Virus record (IMG/VR): IMGVR_UViG_3300032516_003835
Span: 1-61,084 of that record
Source of the DNA: a virus
Taxonomy: Duplodnaviria; Caudoviricetes
Direction: 5' to 3' (one strand)
DNA length: 61,084 bases
Shown here: piece after piece, positions 27,472 to 36,512 of the stretch
How the letters are laid out: every line of letters begins with the position of its first letter
Numbering within the stretch: the stretch's first letter is position 1
Notes under the pieces: model-generated
What the model was told of the DNA's origin: nothing
The model's database searches: none
The model's input: the letters and a program-made list of their open reading frames with translations, nothing else
Position numbers and translations under genes: made by a program

Positions 27472-28781
27472 TCCGTCCTCCTCCTTTCCAGATCGGCAAA
27501 TCTCGTGTGTTTCGCGTCCCAGAAAAGTTCGATCGAGAAACCTGCCGGGCCGTTACGTTGCTTGGCGATTTTGACCCGGACGATGTTCTCGTTCTCGGGA
27601 TCGCGCCAGAGCATGAGGTCCGCGTCCGTGTCCTGCTCGATGTGGCCGGAGTCGCGGAGATCCGACAGGTGTGGCTCCCCGCCGCGCTTCTCGATCTCCC
27701 GGTTCAACTGGGCCAAGAGGAGCAGAGGAACCCGCAGTTCGCGAGCCGTGCCCTTCAGGTGCCGGGCCATCCGCCCGACATGGTTCGCGTAGGTCTCGCC
27801 CTCCGTGGGCCGATCCTGGAGAAGGCCGAGATAGTCAACGACAATGAGCCCGAGCTCCTTGACCGGGCGTGACTCGGCCAGAACGTCGGCCGTCGTGATG
27901 CCCCCGCGGTCCTCGATCCAGAGGGGCAGCGGGCCGATCCCATGGATGGCCTCGTGCATGGCCTTGTCCCACTCGTAGTCCGACAGAGAGCGCGTCCGGA
28001 CAGCCAGGTTATCGACGCCGGCGGCCATGCATACAAGGCGCTCGGCGATCTGCGTGGCGGAGGTCTCCAGCGAGAAAAAGGCGACGGGCGTTCCCTGCCG
28101 GGCCACGTTCGCGGCGATGGCCAGGGCGAGTGAGGATTTGCCCATAGATGGCCGGCCGGCCAGGACGATGAGATCCCCCGCCGGGAAACCGCCGAGAACG
28201 CCGTCGAGGGCCTGGAACCCCGTTTGTAGGCCAAGGACGTTCGGCTCGTGCCGCGTCTCCTCGAGGTAGCGCCAGTGGTCGATCGCGACCTGACCCAGGT
28301 TCGTGAGGCGTCCCCCGTGGGCGGAGCGCATCGTCGCGTCATTCACCAGCCGCTGAGCCTCGGCAATCAGACCGTCCGCGTCGAGGGTCGCCTCGTACGC
28401 CTGGGCGACGATCCGTGTTCCGGCCTGGATGAGTTCGCGGCGGGCCGCCCTCTCGCGGACGATCCGGGCGTAGTACATGGCGTTGGCGGCCGTGGGGACG
28501 GAGCGGGCCAGATGCGAAAGGTAGGTGGCGCCGCCGATTCTGTCCGCCTGACCGTCGGCCCGAAGCTGGTCCATCAGGGTGACTGCATCCACCGGCCGGC
28601 CGCCCTCGCGCATGGCCAAGAGCGCCGTCCAGATAATCTGGTGGGTGTCCTGGTAGAAATCCTCCGGCTGGAGAATCGCGGCCATCTCATCGAGGGCATC
28701 CCGGCTGAGGAGCGCGGAGCCGAGGACCGACTGCTCGGCCTCCGTGTCCTGTGGGGGCAACCGGTCGCAGGGGACGCTCAG
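27468..28781 (-). CDS. dnaB: Replicative DnaB-like helicase
   Basis: PPQ..EAEQSVLG, GRPSMGKS, IVVDYL, AQLNR, LSDLRDSG.IEQD.D, AKQRNGP; start is CTG 28781 or TTG 28760. Confidence 0.95.
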   Translation of the reverse strand: MSVPCDRLPPQDTEAEQSVLGSALLSRDALDEMAAILQPEDFYQDTHQIIWTALLAMREGGRPVDAVTLMDQLRADGQADRIGGATYLSHLARSVPTAANAMYYARIVRERAARRELIQAGTRIVAQAYEATLDADGLIAEAQRLVNDATMRSAHGGRLTNLGQVAIDHWRYLEETRHEPNVLGLQTGFQALDGVLGGFPAGDLIVLAGRPSMGKSSLALAIAANVARQGTPVAFFSLETSATQIAERLVCMAAGVDNLAVRTRSLSDYEWDKAMHEAIHGIGPLPLWIEDRGGITTADVLAESRPVKELGLIVVDYLGLLQDRPTEGETYANHVGRMARHLKGTARELRVPLLLLAQLNREIEKRGGEPHLSDLRDSGHIEQDTDADLMLWRDPENENIVRVKIAKQRNGPAGFSIELFWDAKHTRFADLERRRTE

Positions 28782-29701
28782 GTGGGTTCACCGCCCTTGG
28801 CGATCAGGGCCTCGGCGGACTCGGGCCCGTCCGGCTTGTGGGCGGGAGGCGCCTCGCCGTAGATGTGCCGGACCCGATCCATGGCCGCCAGGGTCTCTGG
28901 GGAGGGGATGGGTGGGCCGGACGGGTGAGACGGCGGCGATGATGGTTTGCGCGTCTCACGCTCGTTTCGGATCTCCTCCGATTTCTCGAACCAGTTCCTG
29001 ACCCGGAGGCGCCAGTTGCCCTTCCCTTTCTTGTCGGCCCACCAGGTCACGCACTTGTCGATCTCCGTTAGCAGATCGGCTTGGGGGAATCTCACCAGCC
29101 AGCCGCGCACGAACTTGAGGTCGGTCAGAACGTCGTAGGGGTAGTTGTCGATGTTGATGAGGGCGTGGAGGATCTCCCGCTCCTGAGTCGTCATGTCGGG
29201 AGGGGGCGGGGCTAGGTCTTTCTCCTCTCCTCTTATCTCTTCTAATCTAATCTCTTCTAATCTACTCTTATCTGTCGCGTTACCTGAGCGCTTCACTTCC
29301 CCGGCCCCCGCGTTACCGGGGCGTTCCATCAGTGTTTCACCAACGTTACCATGGCGTTCCCGGTGGCGTTTCACACGCTCGCGAACCTTGCCGGGTTGAT
29401 CGCTGGGCTTGTCCTTTTGCCGCTCGGAGAAATGGATCACCCGAATCGAGTCCTCCGTTAGAGCGACCATCCCGAAACGCTCGCTCTCAAAAAGCTCCAG
29501 ACTGAGGCGGAACTCATCGACCGGGCGCCTCACCCTCCAGGCCGCCTCCTCCGCGGACATGGCGATGAGGCCCGGCTCCTCGGCCTCCCGGGCCATGGCC
29601 AGGACGTAGACCCAGTCCCGGAATTGGTCGCCGCTGAGCCTCGCCATTTTCGGGTCGTCGAGGATCTCCGTGTAGGCTCGGAACCAGGGCAACTTAGGCA
29701 T
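28778..29701 (-). CDS. Phage replication initiator (replisome organizer-like)
   Basis: WFRAYTEILDDPKM N-terminus; ERVKRHRER; repetitive linker; upstream of the helicase. Confidence 0.8.
   Translation of the reverse strand: MPKLPWFRAYTEILDDPKMARLSGDQFRDWVYVLAMAREAEEPGLIAMSAEEAAWRVRRPVDEFRLSLELFESERFGMVALTEDSIRVIHFSERQKDKPSDQPGKVRERVKRHRERHGNVGETLMERPGNAGAGEVKRSGNATDKSRLEEIRLEEIRGEEKDLAPPPPDMTTQEREILHALINIDNYPYDVLTDLKFVRGWLVRFPQADLLTEIDKCVTWWADKKGKGNWRLRVRNWFEKSEEIRNERETRKPSSPPSHPSGPPIPSPETLAAMDRVRHIYGEAPPAHKPDGPESAEALIAKGGEPT
29221..29380. promoter_or_regulatory. Putative replication origin inside the initiator gene
   Basis: AT-rich tract with ATCTCTTCTAATCTA twice (29235-29264), next to three CGTTACC iteron-like repeats. 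Confidence 0.5.
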
Positions 29702-29725
29702 GGCTGACCTCCCCTAGCGACGGCT

Positions 29726-30487
29726 TCATCGGCCGATCACCAGCCCTTCGGGGCGCTCCCTCGGCCTCGGTTCGGGCCAGACGAGGTTATCTTTGAAGAA
29801 AACCTTGGCGCCTTCGTCCCCCATTTGGTCCCTGGCGTCGAGCAGATCCCGGATCCACTCGGGCCTGGGAGCCACCGCTCCGGATCCGCTCTGGGCGCCC
29901 ACGACTATCCATCGGATATAGCCGCCGGCCCACATGCGCGGGTATGGTCCCAGGGATGGCTCGTAGCTCACCCAGAGGTTCGGGTGGGTCGTCAGCGGTA
30001 GGTCCCAGATGCGCCGCTCATCGGCCGGGCCGGTGTAGGTCGTTCCCGCCCAGCAGTTCTCGGGCAGGCTGAACTCGCCGTAGCGCCGGGAATTCTTGGT
30101 GAGGAGGAGAAAGGAGTGCCACGGGCAGTCGCGGATGACCTGGAGCACCTGGTCAATCCACTCGGACGGCACCCACTCGCCGAAGAGGTCGCCCATGTCG
30201 GAGACGAAGATGACCTCGCTTTTCCGCCGCCGGCCGGGTTCTCCGAGTCTATGGCTGTGGAACGTGGGCTCGAAACCGTAGCGGTAGCTGTCGGCCGCCG
30301 CGCCGCGCCTATAGCGAATCTCATGGAGACCGCCGCCCGGCTGGGTGCAGTCGTCGCCGAGGGTCGCCCGCCTCTGGAGGTTCTGGGCAATTCGCCTGGC
30401 GTAGCAGTAGGGGCACCCGTGGCGGCAACCCGTGATGACGTTCCACGACTCGTCCGCGTAGCCGATGGTGTCTCGGATGGGGTTCAT
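29726..30487 (-). CDS. Gp37/Gp68 (DUF5131) radical-SAM-like phage protein
   Basis: WNVITGC..GC.YCYA, IFVSDMGDLF, FLLLTKN, WVSYEP, WIVVGAQSG. Confidence 0.88.
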   Translation of the reverse strand: MNPIRDTIGYADESWNVITGCRHGCPYCYARRIAQNLQRRATLGDDCTQPGGGLHEIRYRRGAAADSYRYGFEPTFHSHRLGEPGRRRKSEVIFVSDMGDLFGEWVPSEWIDQVLQVIRDCPWHSFLLLTKNSRRYGEFSLPENCWAGTTYTGPADERRIWDLPLTTHPNLWVSYEPSLGPYPRMWAGGYIRWIVVGAQSGSGAVAPRPEWIRDLLDARDQMGDEGAKVFFKDNLVWPEPRPRERPEGLVIGR

Positions 30488-30729
30488 CGGGCGCCTCCCC
30501 TCAGCGTCGCGATCTCCCGCAGGGCGTCCCGCACGGCCAGGACCCGGAACCAGCGGGAGCCTCTCCGTAGGAAGGAGTAGACCGATATGCTGCCGTCGGC
30601 GCTCCAGGCGTGCCAACCCCACCAATGACCGAAGGTCATGCGGTAGACCTCGACGTGGAACCCGTCCACGTCGGTAACCCGGCAGTCCGGGTCCGAAACG
30701 TCTCGCCTCCAGACGGGTCGTCCGCTCAT
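30484..30729 (-). CDS. Hypothetical protein
   Basis: ATGA overlaps at both ends. Confidence 0.55.
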   Translation of the reverse strand: MSGRPVWRRDVSDPDCRVTDVDGFHVEVYRMTFGHWWGWHAWSADGSISVYSFLRRGSRWFRVLAVRDALREIATLRGGAR

Positions 30730-30983
30730 GTCCGCCCCTTCTGGACCGGGTGGGCCCCCCTAACGACAACGAGTTCATGGCGGCTGAACATCCGCTCCTC
30801 GCCGTCGTCAAACCGAATGGTGATGCCATCGCGGCTCCGTTCGAACGCGCTCGGGGTGACTCTGACCGCGAGTCCCCGGCGACCGACGTAGTCCCGATCG
30901 CAGTAGAGGCTCCCGTCGGTTTTGATGATCCTGACCCGGCGGCCGATGACGTTATCGCCGATGACGGAGATCGCGCCGCTCAT
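30726..30983 (-). CDS. Hypothetical protein (SH3/KOW-like)
   Basis: IGRRVRI..G..V..IRFDDG; ATGA overlaps. Confidence 0.6.
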   Translation of the reverse strand: MSGAISVIGDNVIGRRVRIIKTDGSLYCDRDYVGRRGLAVRVTPSAFERSRDGITIRFDDGEERMFSRHELVVVRGAHPVQKGRT

Positions 30984-31234
30984 GTCCGCCCTCCTGCCTG
31001 GGCCGCCCTGCGCTCACGGTCCGCGATGTACGCCCTCGCAATCGCCGGAGTGATAATCAGGTCTGGTCCCTCATCGCGCTTCCCGATGCACTCCACGCAC
31101 AACCTCCGGGGCGGATCCCCCACTGTGTGGATCTCCTGGCCGCACCCGCCCTCGCAGGGCCCGTGATACTCCCGCTGGCCCCTGGTAAGGTTCGGCGGCC
31201 GCTTCCGCTGAATCGCTCCGCGAGCGTAGCTCAC
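30980..31234 (-). CDS. Small Zn-binding hypothetical protein
   Basis: CEGGCG..LCVEC; GTGA overlap. Confidence 0.5.
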   Translation of the reverse strand: MSYARGAIQRKRPPNLTRGQREYHGPCEGGCGQEIHTVGDPPRRLCVECIGKRDEGPDLIITPAIARAYIADRERRAAQAGGRT

Positions 31235-31539
31235 TGGTCCGCCGCCTCCTTCGCCCGGACGGCCTTGAGGGCAGCCCGGCAACCCGTCTCAAGAAATGCC
31301 GACCCCGGATCCCCGCGAAGCGCCATGCGAAGGCCCAACGCACCCATCCGGTCCACCACGCACCCGAAGTCGGACCAGGAGGAAAGGGGTTGCCAGTCAT
31401 AGCGGGGCAACTCATCGGGGAGCCAGTAGTGTCCGCCATCCGACAGTCGCCACCCCATGACCTCAACGGCCACGGCGTCCGCGAGGGCCTGGCCTTGCAG
31501 GGTGTCAACGTCCGTCACGGTTTCCCCTCCGTCGCTCAT
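31231..31539 (-). CDS. Phage ABA-sandwich-like protein
   Basis: L...VA..VMGW...P.S.W....VV..M......CRAAL pattern. Confidence 0.6.
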   Translation of the reverse strand: MSDGGETVTDVDTLQGQALADAVAVEVMGWRLSDGGHYWLPDELPRYDWQPLSSWSDFGCVVDRMGALGLRMALRGDPGSAFLETGCRAALKAVRAKEAADQ

Positions 31540-31712
31540 GTCCGCCCTCCGACCTGGGCCGCCTTGCGTTCCTCGCGTCGGACCCTGCGCCAGTAGAGGT
31601 GACTCCCGATGCCCTGGGCGACAACGTAGCCCAGCCTCACCAGGGCCACCAGGGTGCCTACGCCGAGCCAGAAGACGCAGAGCCATATCAGGATTGACTC
31701 GCCGATACTCAT
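31536..31712 (-). CDS. Small membrane protein
   Basis: MSIGESILIW.. TM helix; SD GAGGAGG; ATGA overlap. Confidence 0.55.
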   Translation of the reverse strand: MSIGESILIWLCVFWLGVGTLVALVRLGYVVAQGIGSHLYWRRVRREERKAAQVGGRT

Positions 31713-31969
31713 CCCCGGTTCCCCCTCCTCGGCTTGCCCCACAGTTCCCACGGGTACGACAGTTCCCACGGGTACGACTGTTCCCAGGCGCTGCCCTCGC
31801 GGTCCGGGACTGTCGGGACAAAAGCGGTCAGAATGTGACCCCGGTACTCCTGGCCGAGTGAGCACGCCCAGGGCGGTCGGTTGCCCACGCCAAGGTAGAC
31901 ATTGCCGCCAAGGGTGAGCAGGAGGCGACGGAACTCAAAGGCGACCCGGTGAAAATAGAAGGACCTCAT
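31709..31969 (-). CDS. Hypothetical protein with SYPWEL repeat
   Basis: 18-bp tandem repeat at 31741-31786 encodes WEQSYPWELSYPWEL. Confidence 0.5.
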   Translation of the reverse strand: MRSFYFHRVAFEFRRLLLTLGGNVYLGVGNRPPWACSLGQEYRGHILTAFVPTVPDREGSAWEQSYPWELSYPWELWGKPRRGNRG

Positions 31970-32138
31970 CCCCGATTCCCCCTCCTCGCCATGGCCGCCG
32001 CGTTCCGCTTGGCCCGCCGCCTAGCGAGCCGGTTCGCCCGACCCCGCTTGTCGTCCAGGGTCAAGGGGTCCGGCCGCCTCCCCCGCCTGTCCTTCCGGGA
32101 AGGCTTGTCCACCTTTGCGGCAGCGGTAGACTCGGTGG

Positions 32139-32261
32139 TCACAACGCCACCCCAGCGGGCAGGCCGAGCCAGTACCCCCAGGTATCCCATTCCCAGCCCA
32201 TGACCTCCACGGCCACGGCGTCCGCGAGGGCCTGGCCTTCCAGGGTGTCAACGTCCGTCAC
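32139..32261 (-). pseudogene. Truncated duplicate of the 31231..31539 N-terminus
   Basis: 64/66 nt identical to 31454-31519, then diverges and stops after about 40 codons. Confidence 0.5.
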
Positions 32262-32371
32262 GATCTCTCCGCCCTTCCCGTTCGGGGCCTCTGTCGGCCC
32301 TCCAACCGCGCCGGCCCTCCCCCAAGGACCGGCTATAAGAACCGTCCGCTTTTGCGTCCGCTGTCTCGCGT

Positions 32372-32611
32372 TTAGGCCGGTTCGATCCAGTGCCAGGTAC
32401 CCGCCAGCGCCTCCTCGGCCTGGAGGACACTTGTCTGCCACTCAGTCAACCGCGGCTCGCCCCCGGTCTCCAGGTCGTTTGTCCCGTCCAGGAAGACCAC
32501 CAGATTGGCGCAGCCGTCCTCGCTGTCCCCGGCTCTGACGATGATGGCCGGACGGTGCTCGCCGCTCGGCATGACGTAGTGCACAATCCGTCCCTCGGTG
32601 AACCCCTTCAA
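32372..32611 (-). CDS. Conserved phage hypothetical protein
   Basis: GRIVHY....RPAIIV...NLVVF.DG...GTWHW; SD GGAGGTGA before TTG. Confidence 0.7.
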   Translation of the reverse strand: MKGFTEGRIVHYVMPSGEHRPAIIVRAGDSEDGCANLVVFLDGTNDLETGGEPRLTEWQTSVLQAEEALAGTWHWIEPA

Positions 32612-32640
32612 GACCTCACCTCCCCTCTCCGTCCCACCCA

Positions 32641-32980
32641 GGCGGCCCGGTCCCAGCGACCCCTGACGATTGGGCCGCCCGGTGTGGTCATGCTGGCTGG
32701 CGGGGGCCGCTGCCCTTTGCAGCACGGCGCGTCCGTCGCACAGACGGTGGGCTGCTGTCTACTCGCACGCCCCGCCAGCCAGACTCGTCGATGGCGCGTC
32801 TCCGGCTACCCTCCCGTTACGGTTTTGGGCACACTGGGCCTTATCCAGCCCGCTTTAGCGTAGTGATGTTGGCCGGATGCGCTACGCCTGGTCGCTGCCA
32901 TCGACGAAACTGTGAAGTTGTCAGGTTCTCAAAGGTTCTCAAAGGTCCGGCGGGTGAACTGGGCTGCCCTCCCGCCGGCA
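32641..32980 (-). ncRNA. Candidate structured RNA / antitermination region
   Basis: Several perfect 8-13 bp helices and a boxA-like tandem in an intergenic gap. Confidence 0.4.
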
Positions 32981-33008
32981 GGGTGTTGCCGTCGTGCCCG
33001 ATCAGGTG

Positions 33009-33239
33009 CTAGTCACCCGACGTCGTGTTGGGCGCTCCGTCGTCCTCATCCGTCTCGTCCTCGTCGGCGTCCTCTTTCCCCTCAGCCAGGCGCACCTCGG
33101 AAGCCAAGTCCTCCAGCGCGTCCGCGACGTTGTCGCCGCCGCCCGCCAGGACGGTCCTCGGCTCGTCGCAGACCACCATCTCCGCGCCCCAGTCGCCGTT
33201 GTCGTAGAGCAGCGTCACCGTCTTCGGCTTTGTATCCAC
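33009..33239 (-). CDS. Small acidic protein
   Basis: SD GGGGGTGA; short beta-beta-alpha-like core with acidic tail. Confidence 0.55.
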   Translation of the reverse strand: MDTKPKTVTLLYDNGDWGAEMVVCDEPRTVLAGGGDNVADALEDLASEVRLAEGKEDADEDETDEDDGAPNTTSGD

Positions 33240-33300
33240 TCGCTCACCCCCTCTCGTTTGCGTTCCCGGACCCGCTCAGGGGAGGGCGGGTCTGGGGTCT

Positions 33301-33636
33301 CTAGCTAGCCAGCAGCCCCGCGACTGACCGCAGGGCGTCGAGCTCCGTCCGGAGGATCGTCAGGCGGGACATAGCCGCGGCGCGAGATAGCCGCGCCTCC
33401 CAGTCGGCCTGTTGTTCGTTCTGCGTCATCTGCCGTAACTGCGCCGCCCGGAGTTCTGCGTTCTTGCCGTCGATCCGATCGGTGAGGTATGCCTGGTCCG
33501 AAGCCGCGGTCAGTTCACACTCCATCTCGGCCAGGCGCTCGTTCTGAGCCAGAACGTCGCGCTCCGCGCCCGCTATCTCGGCGGGCAGAGCCAGAAGTCG
33601 GCCGATGACAGCCTCCTTTGTGCTGGGAATGTCCAT
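33301..33636 (-). CDS. Coiled-coil hypothetical protein (paralog of 22692..23036)
   Basis: IDGKNAELRAAQLR motif; SD GGAGGTGA. Confidence 0.7.
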   Translation of the reverse strand: MDIPSTKEAVIGRLLALPAEIAGAERDVLAQNERLAEMECELTAASDQAYLTDRIDGKNAELRAAQLRQMTQNEQQADWEARLSRAAAMSRLTILRTELDALRSVAGLLAS

Positions 33637-33662
33637 CGTTTTCACCTCCCCTGTCGTCTGGG

Positions 33663-35819
33663 TCATGCGAGCACCCTCACTTCCGAACCACCAGGCCCCT
33701 TGGTTACCTCGATCCGCTGGGGCAGGGCCTCGGCGAGCTCGGCTATGTGCGAGATGATGAGCACCTGGGCGAAATCGGCTCCCAGGGCCCGCGCGGCCTC
33801 CAGGAACCGCTGCCGTCCGCCGGGGTCCAAGCTCCCCAGTCCCTCGTCGATCACCAGGAGTTCGATCCGTCTCCCGGCGCGGCGGGCGAGGAGCTTGCTG
33901 ATCGCGACCCTCAACGACAAATCCACCTCGAACTTCTCGGCGCCGCTCCAGCACTCATAGGGTCGGCTGCCAAGTTCATCGGTGATGATGATGTCGAGGG
34001 TTTCAGCCATGGTGTGTTTCCCGGTCTCCCGCTGGGTGCTGAGTTGGAGGGACATCCTCCCGGCGGTCATGCGGCCCAGGAGTTCGTTCGCCCGGGCCTC
34101 GATCTCGGGGATGGCGGAGTCGATCAGAAGGGCCTGGACGCCGTTCCTGCTCCAGCAGGTGGCGAGTTTACCCCACGCGCCGGCCTCGGTCTCGGTCTGG
34201 GCCAGCGTGGCCCGGAGACCGGCCTGGCGTTCGGTAAGCGCGGCCAGGGCCTGGAGGCGGCCCTCGATGTGGCCGAGATCCCGTTGGAGAACACCCAGGG
34301 CCTGGCGGCAGCGCTCAGCCTCACCGGCGGCCGCCTCCCGGACGACAAGCGCCTGCGTCATGGCGGCCCGCTTCTCCTCGACTTCCTGGAGGCCGGCCGC
34401 GGCGGCGGCCTTCTCGCCCTCAAGCCGGGAGAGGTTCTCGGTAAACCTCCTCGATTGCTCGGCGAGTTCGGCGAGCGCCTGCTCGGCAAGGTCGGATTCG
34501 GCCCGGAAGCGGGCCTTGTTGGCGACGTCGGTGAGCTCGTTCCGGAGGGCCTGGTGGTGGCTGGGGTCGTAACCCAGAGCGGCGATCGCGGCTTCGATGG
34601 CCGAGATGCGCTCGGCCGCCGGCGGGATAGTCTGGCCCTCCAGCCGGCTTACCTCCGCCTGGAGATCTCCGATCCGGTCGGCAGCCCCCCTCGCGCTGGC
34701 CAGGAGTTTGCAGGTGGTCCGGTCCTCGCCGGCGCACGGCACCTCTCCTAGAAGCGCCGCGCGGTCCCTGGCGTCCCGCAGTTGGCTTGAGGCAACCGCG
34801 ATGGCCCGGCCCTTTTCTCCCTGCCACTGGCCCAGGATCTCCCGGGCCGCAGCGAGGTCAGCCGAGAAATCTCGTTCCCGGCCAACCGTGGCGTCGAGTG
34901 CAGCGATCTCCGCTTTCAGGGCCGCCTCCCGCTCGCAAGCGGCGAGGATGGTTGGCCGGTTGGCGAGGAGCTTCTGGGCTCGCTCGCGCTTCGGATCCAC
35001 GCTCGACAGGTCCAGCCGGGCCAGCGTGATCTGATTGCCCAGGGTAGACACCCGGTCGGACATCTCCTGGTAGCGGCCGGCCGCGGTCTGTAGTTCTCCG
35101 GCCCGCTGGGCGGCAGCCTCGAGGGCCGCGCCCGTAGCCTTAACCGCCTCCTCCGCCGGGGTGATTTGGCGTCGAATGTCCCCGGCCCGCTCTTCCAGCG
35201 CCGGCCGGTCCGCCAGTTGGGTCTCGATACTGGCGAGGTCTCGGCTGGCCGCGTCGGCTTCGGCCTGCTGGTCCCTACCCCGGCCCTTAGCGTCCTCCTG
35301 GAGCCGGTCGTAGAGGCCGAGTCCCAGGATGGAACCAAGGACCTGTTTCCGCTCGCCGGGGGTTTTGCGGGTGAACTCGTCCGCCCGGCCCTGGAGGATC
35401 ATGGAGGCCGAGACGAACGTGTCGTAGTCCAGGCCCAGGATTTCGACGATCCTGGCCTCCGTCGCCCGGATGGAGTCTCCGGTGAGCGGGGTCCAGATCT
35501 CACCGTCGAGCCGGGCGAGTTCTAGACCGCTCTTGCCCCCGCCCTGGAGACCTCGGGTGCGGATAACCCGGTAGGTGGCGCCTCCGAGGTCGAAGGCGAC
35601 CTCGACCGAACACTCCCGCGCACCCTGGCGGATCACGCCATCGACCTGGGGGGCGCGGCACTGGCCGAAGAGCGGCCAGAGGAGGGCATCGGTGCAGAGC
35701 GCGCTCTTGCCGCTGCCGTTCTCCCCGGTGACCGCGGCAAGTGCGATCTGGGAGAAATCCACCTCCGCCGCCTCGCCGTAAGCCAGGAAGTTATTGAGCG
35801 TGACCTTGCCGAGCCTCAT
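33663..35819 (-). CDS. sbcC: SbcC/Rad50-like SMC ATPase
   Basis: Walker A GENGSGKS, Q-loop, coiled coil, signature WSGAE, Walker B LVIDEG, IISH. Confidence 0.9.
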   Translation of the reverse strand: MRLGKVTLNNFLAYGEAAEVDFSQIALAAVTGENGSGKSALCTDALLWPLFGQCRAPQVDGVIRQGARECSVEVAFDLGGATYRVIRTRGLQGGGKSGLELARLDGEIWTPLTGDSIRATEARIVEILGLDYDTFVSASMILQGRADEFTRKTPGERKQVLGSILGLGLYDRLQEDAKGRGRDQQAEADAASRDLASIETQLADRPALEERAGDIRRQITPAEEAVKATGAALEAAAQRAGELQTAAGRYQEMSDRVSTLGNQITLARLDLSSVDPKRERAQKLLANRPTILAACEREAALKAEIAALDATVGRERDFSADLAAAREILGQWQGEKGRAIAVASSQLRDARDRAALLGEVPCAGEDRTTCKLLASARGAADRIGDLQAEVSRLEGQTIPPAAERISAIEAAIAALGYDPSHHQALRNELTDVANKARFRAESDLAEQALAELAEQSRRFTENLSRLEGEKAAAAAGLQEVEEKRAAMTQALVVREAAAGEAERCRQALGVLQRDLGHIEGRLQALAALTERQAGLRATLAQTETEAGAWGKLATCWSRNGVQALLIDSAIPEIEARANELLGRMTAGRMSLQLSTQRETGKHTMAETLDIIITDELGSRPYECWSGAEKFEVDLSLRVAISKLLARRAGRRIELLVIDEGLGSLDPGGRQRFLEAARALGADFAQVLIISHIAELAEALPQRIEVTKGPGGSEVRVLA

Positions 35820-36352
35820 CGGGGGTCACCGCCCTCGTTCTCGTGCAGTAGGAGTTCCTGGGCCTTTCCGCACAACTCACAGGGGCAAGCCTGCTCGCCG
35901 GGGTTGGCAGCGGCTACTCCGGCGTCGTGCTCCTCGACGTAGCTGCCCAGCAGATCACACGCAGCCCTGAACTTGGCCCGAAGCCCCTTGACCCCGACCT
36001 CGCTGCTCGGCTCCGGCCGCAGCGCATCGACGCAGCCCTGGAGGTAGTCCAGGGTTGCGTCGCGCTTGGCCTCGAAAGCGTCCAATTCGGCGTTGGCCTC
36101 GACCCAGATCTTGCTGCTGCCATCGCCCCGGTACTTGCGCGTCACGATGGAGCCCGGGGCGGCCAGGCGGTCCAGCATGTAGGGGTAGAGCACCTGGCCT
36201 CGCCCTAGCGCCGCTTCCAGGTGGGTAAGCGCGTGGGGAGACTTGGGCGCTACCTGCTGCTCCCCGATGTCGATGTCGCCGACCAACGCCTCCAAGAGCG
36301 CCTCGGCCTGCTTCTCTGTCGGCCTGTCCCTCACGGTCTTGTCAGCCACCAC
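35816..36352 (-). CDS. Hypothetical protein
   Basis: Operon chain between sbcD and sbcC. Confidence 0.55.
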   Translation of the reverse strand: MVADKTVRDRPTEKQAEALLEALVGDIDIGEQQVAPKSPHALTHLEAALGRGQVLYPYMLDRLAAPGSIVTRKYRGDGSSKIWVEANAELDAFEAKRDATLDYLQGCVDALRPEPSSEVGVKGLRAKFRAACDLLGSYVEEHDAGVAAANPGEQACPCELCGKAQELLLHENEGGDPR

Positions 36353-36512
36353 TGGCCACCCCCTTCTCCTTGCGCAGGCAGGTCAAACAGACGAACCCTT
36401 CCCGCGTGTCCCTCCCGACCTCGCGCCGGTACCCGAACCACTCAATGGTTAGGCGGCAGCGCACGCAGGTAGCCACATGAGGCCGGTCGATACCAGCCCA
36501 GGCCCTAACCAT
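36342..36512 (-). CDS. Small zinc-finger protein
   Basis: 56-aa ORF read by eye (MVRAWAG..CVRC..CLTC) filling the gap with overlaps. Confidence 0.45.
   Translation of the reverse strand: MVRAWAGIDRPHVATCVRCRLTIEWFGYRREVGRDTREGFVCLTCLRKEKGVASGG

Noticed and set aside
31741-31786. CRISPR mini-array or iterons (also considered for 48589-48685)
   Set aside because: Head-to-tail repeats without spacers, unit lengths are multiples of three, and both lie in coding frames.
31454-32262. Diversity-generating retroelement TR/VR pair
   Set aside because: No reverse transcriptase seen; only two mismatches; the repeat lies at gene starts, not at a C-terminal variable region.
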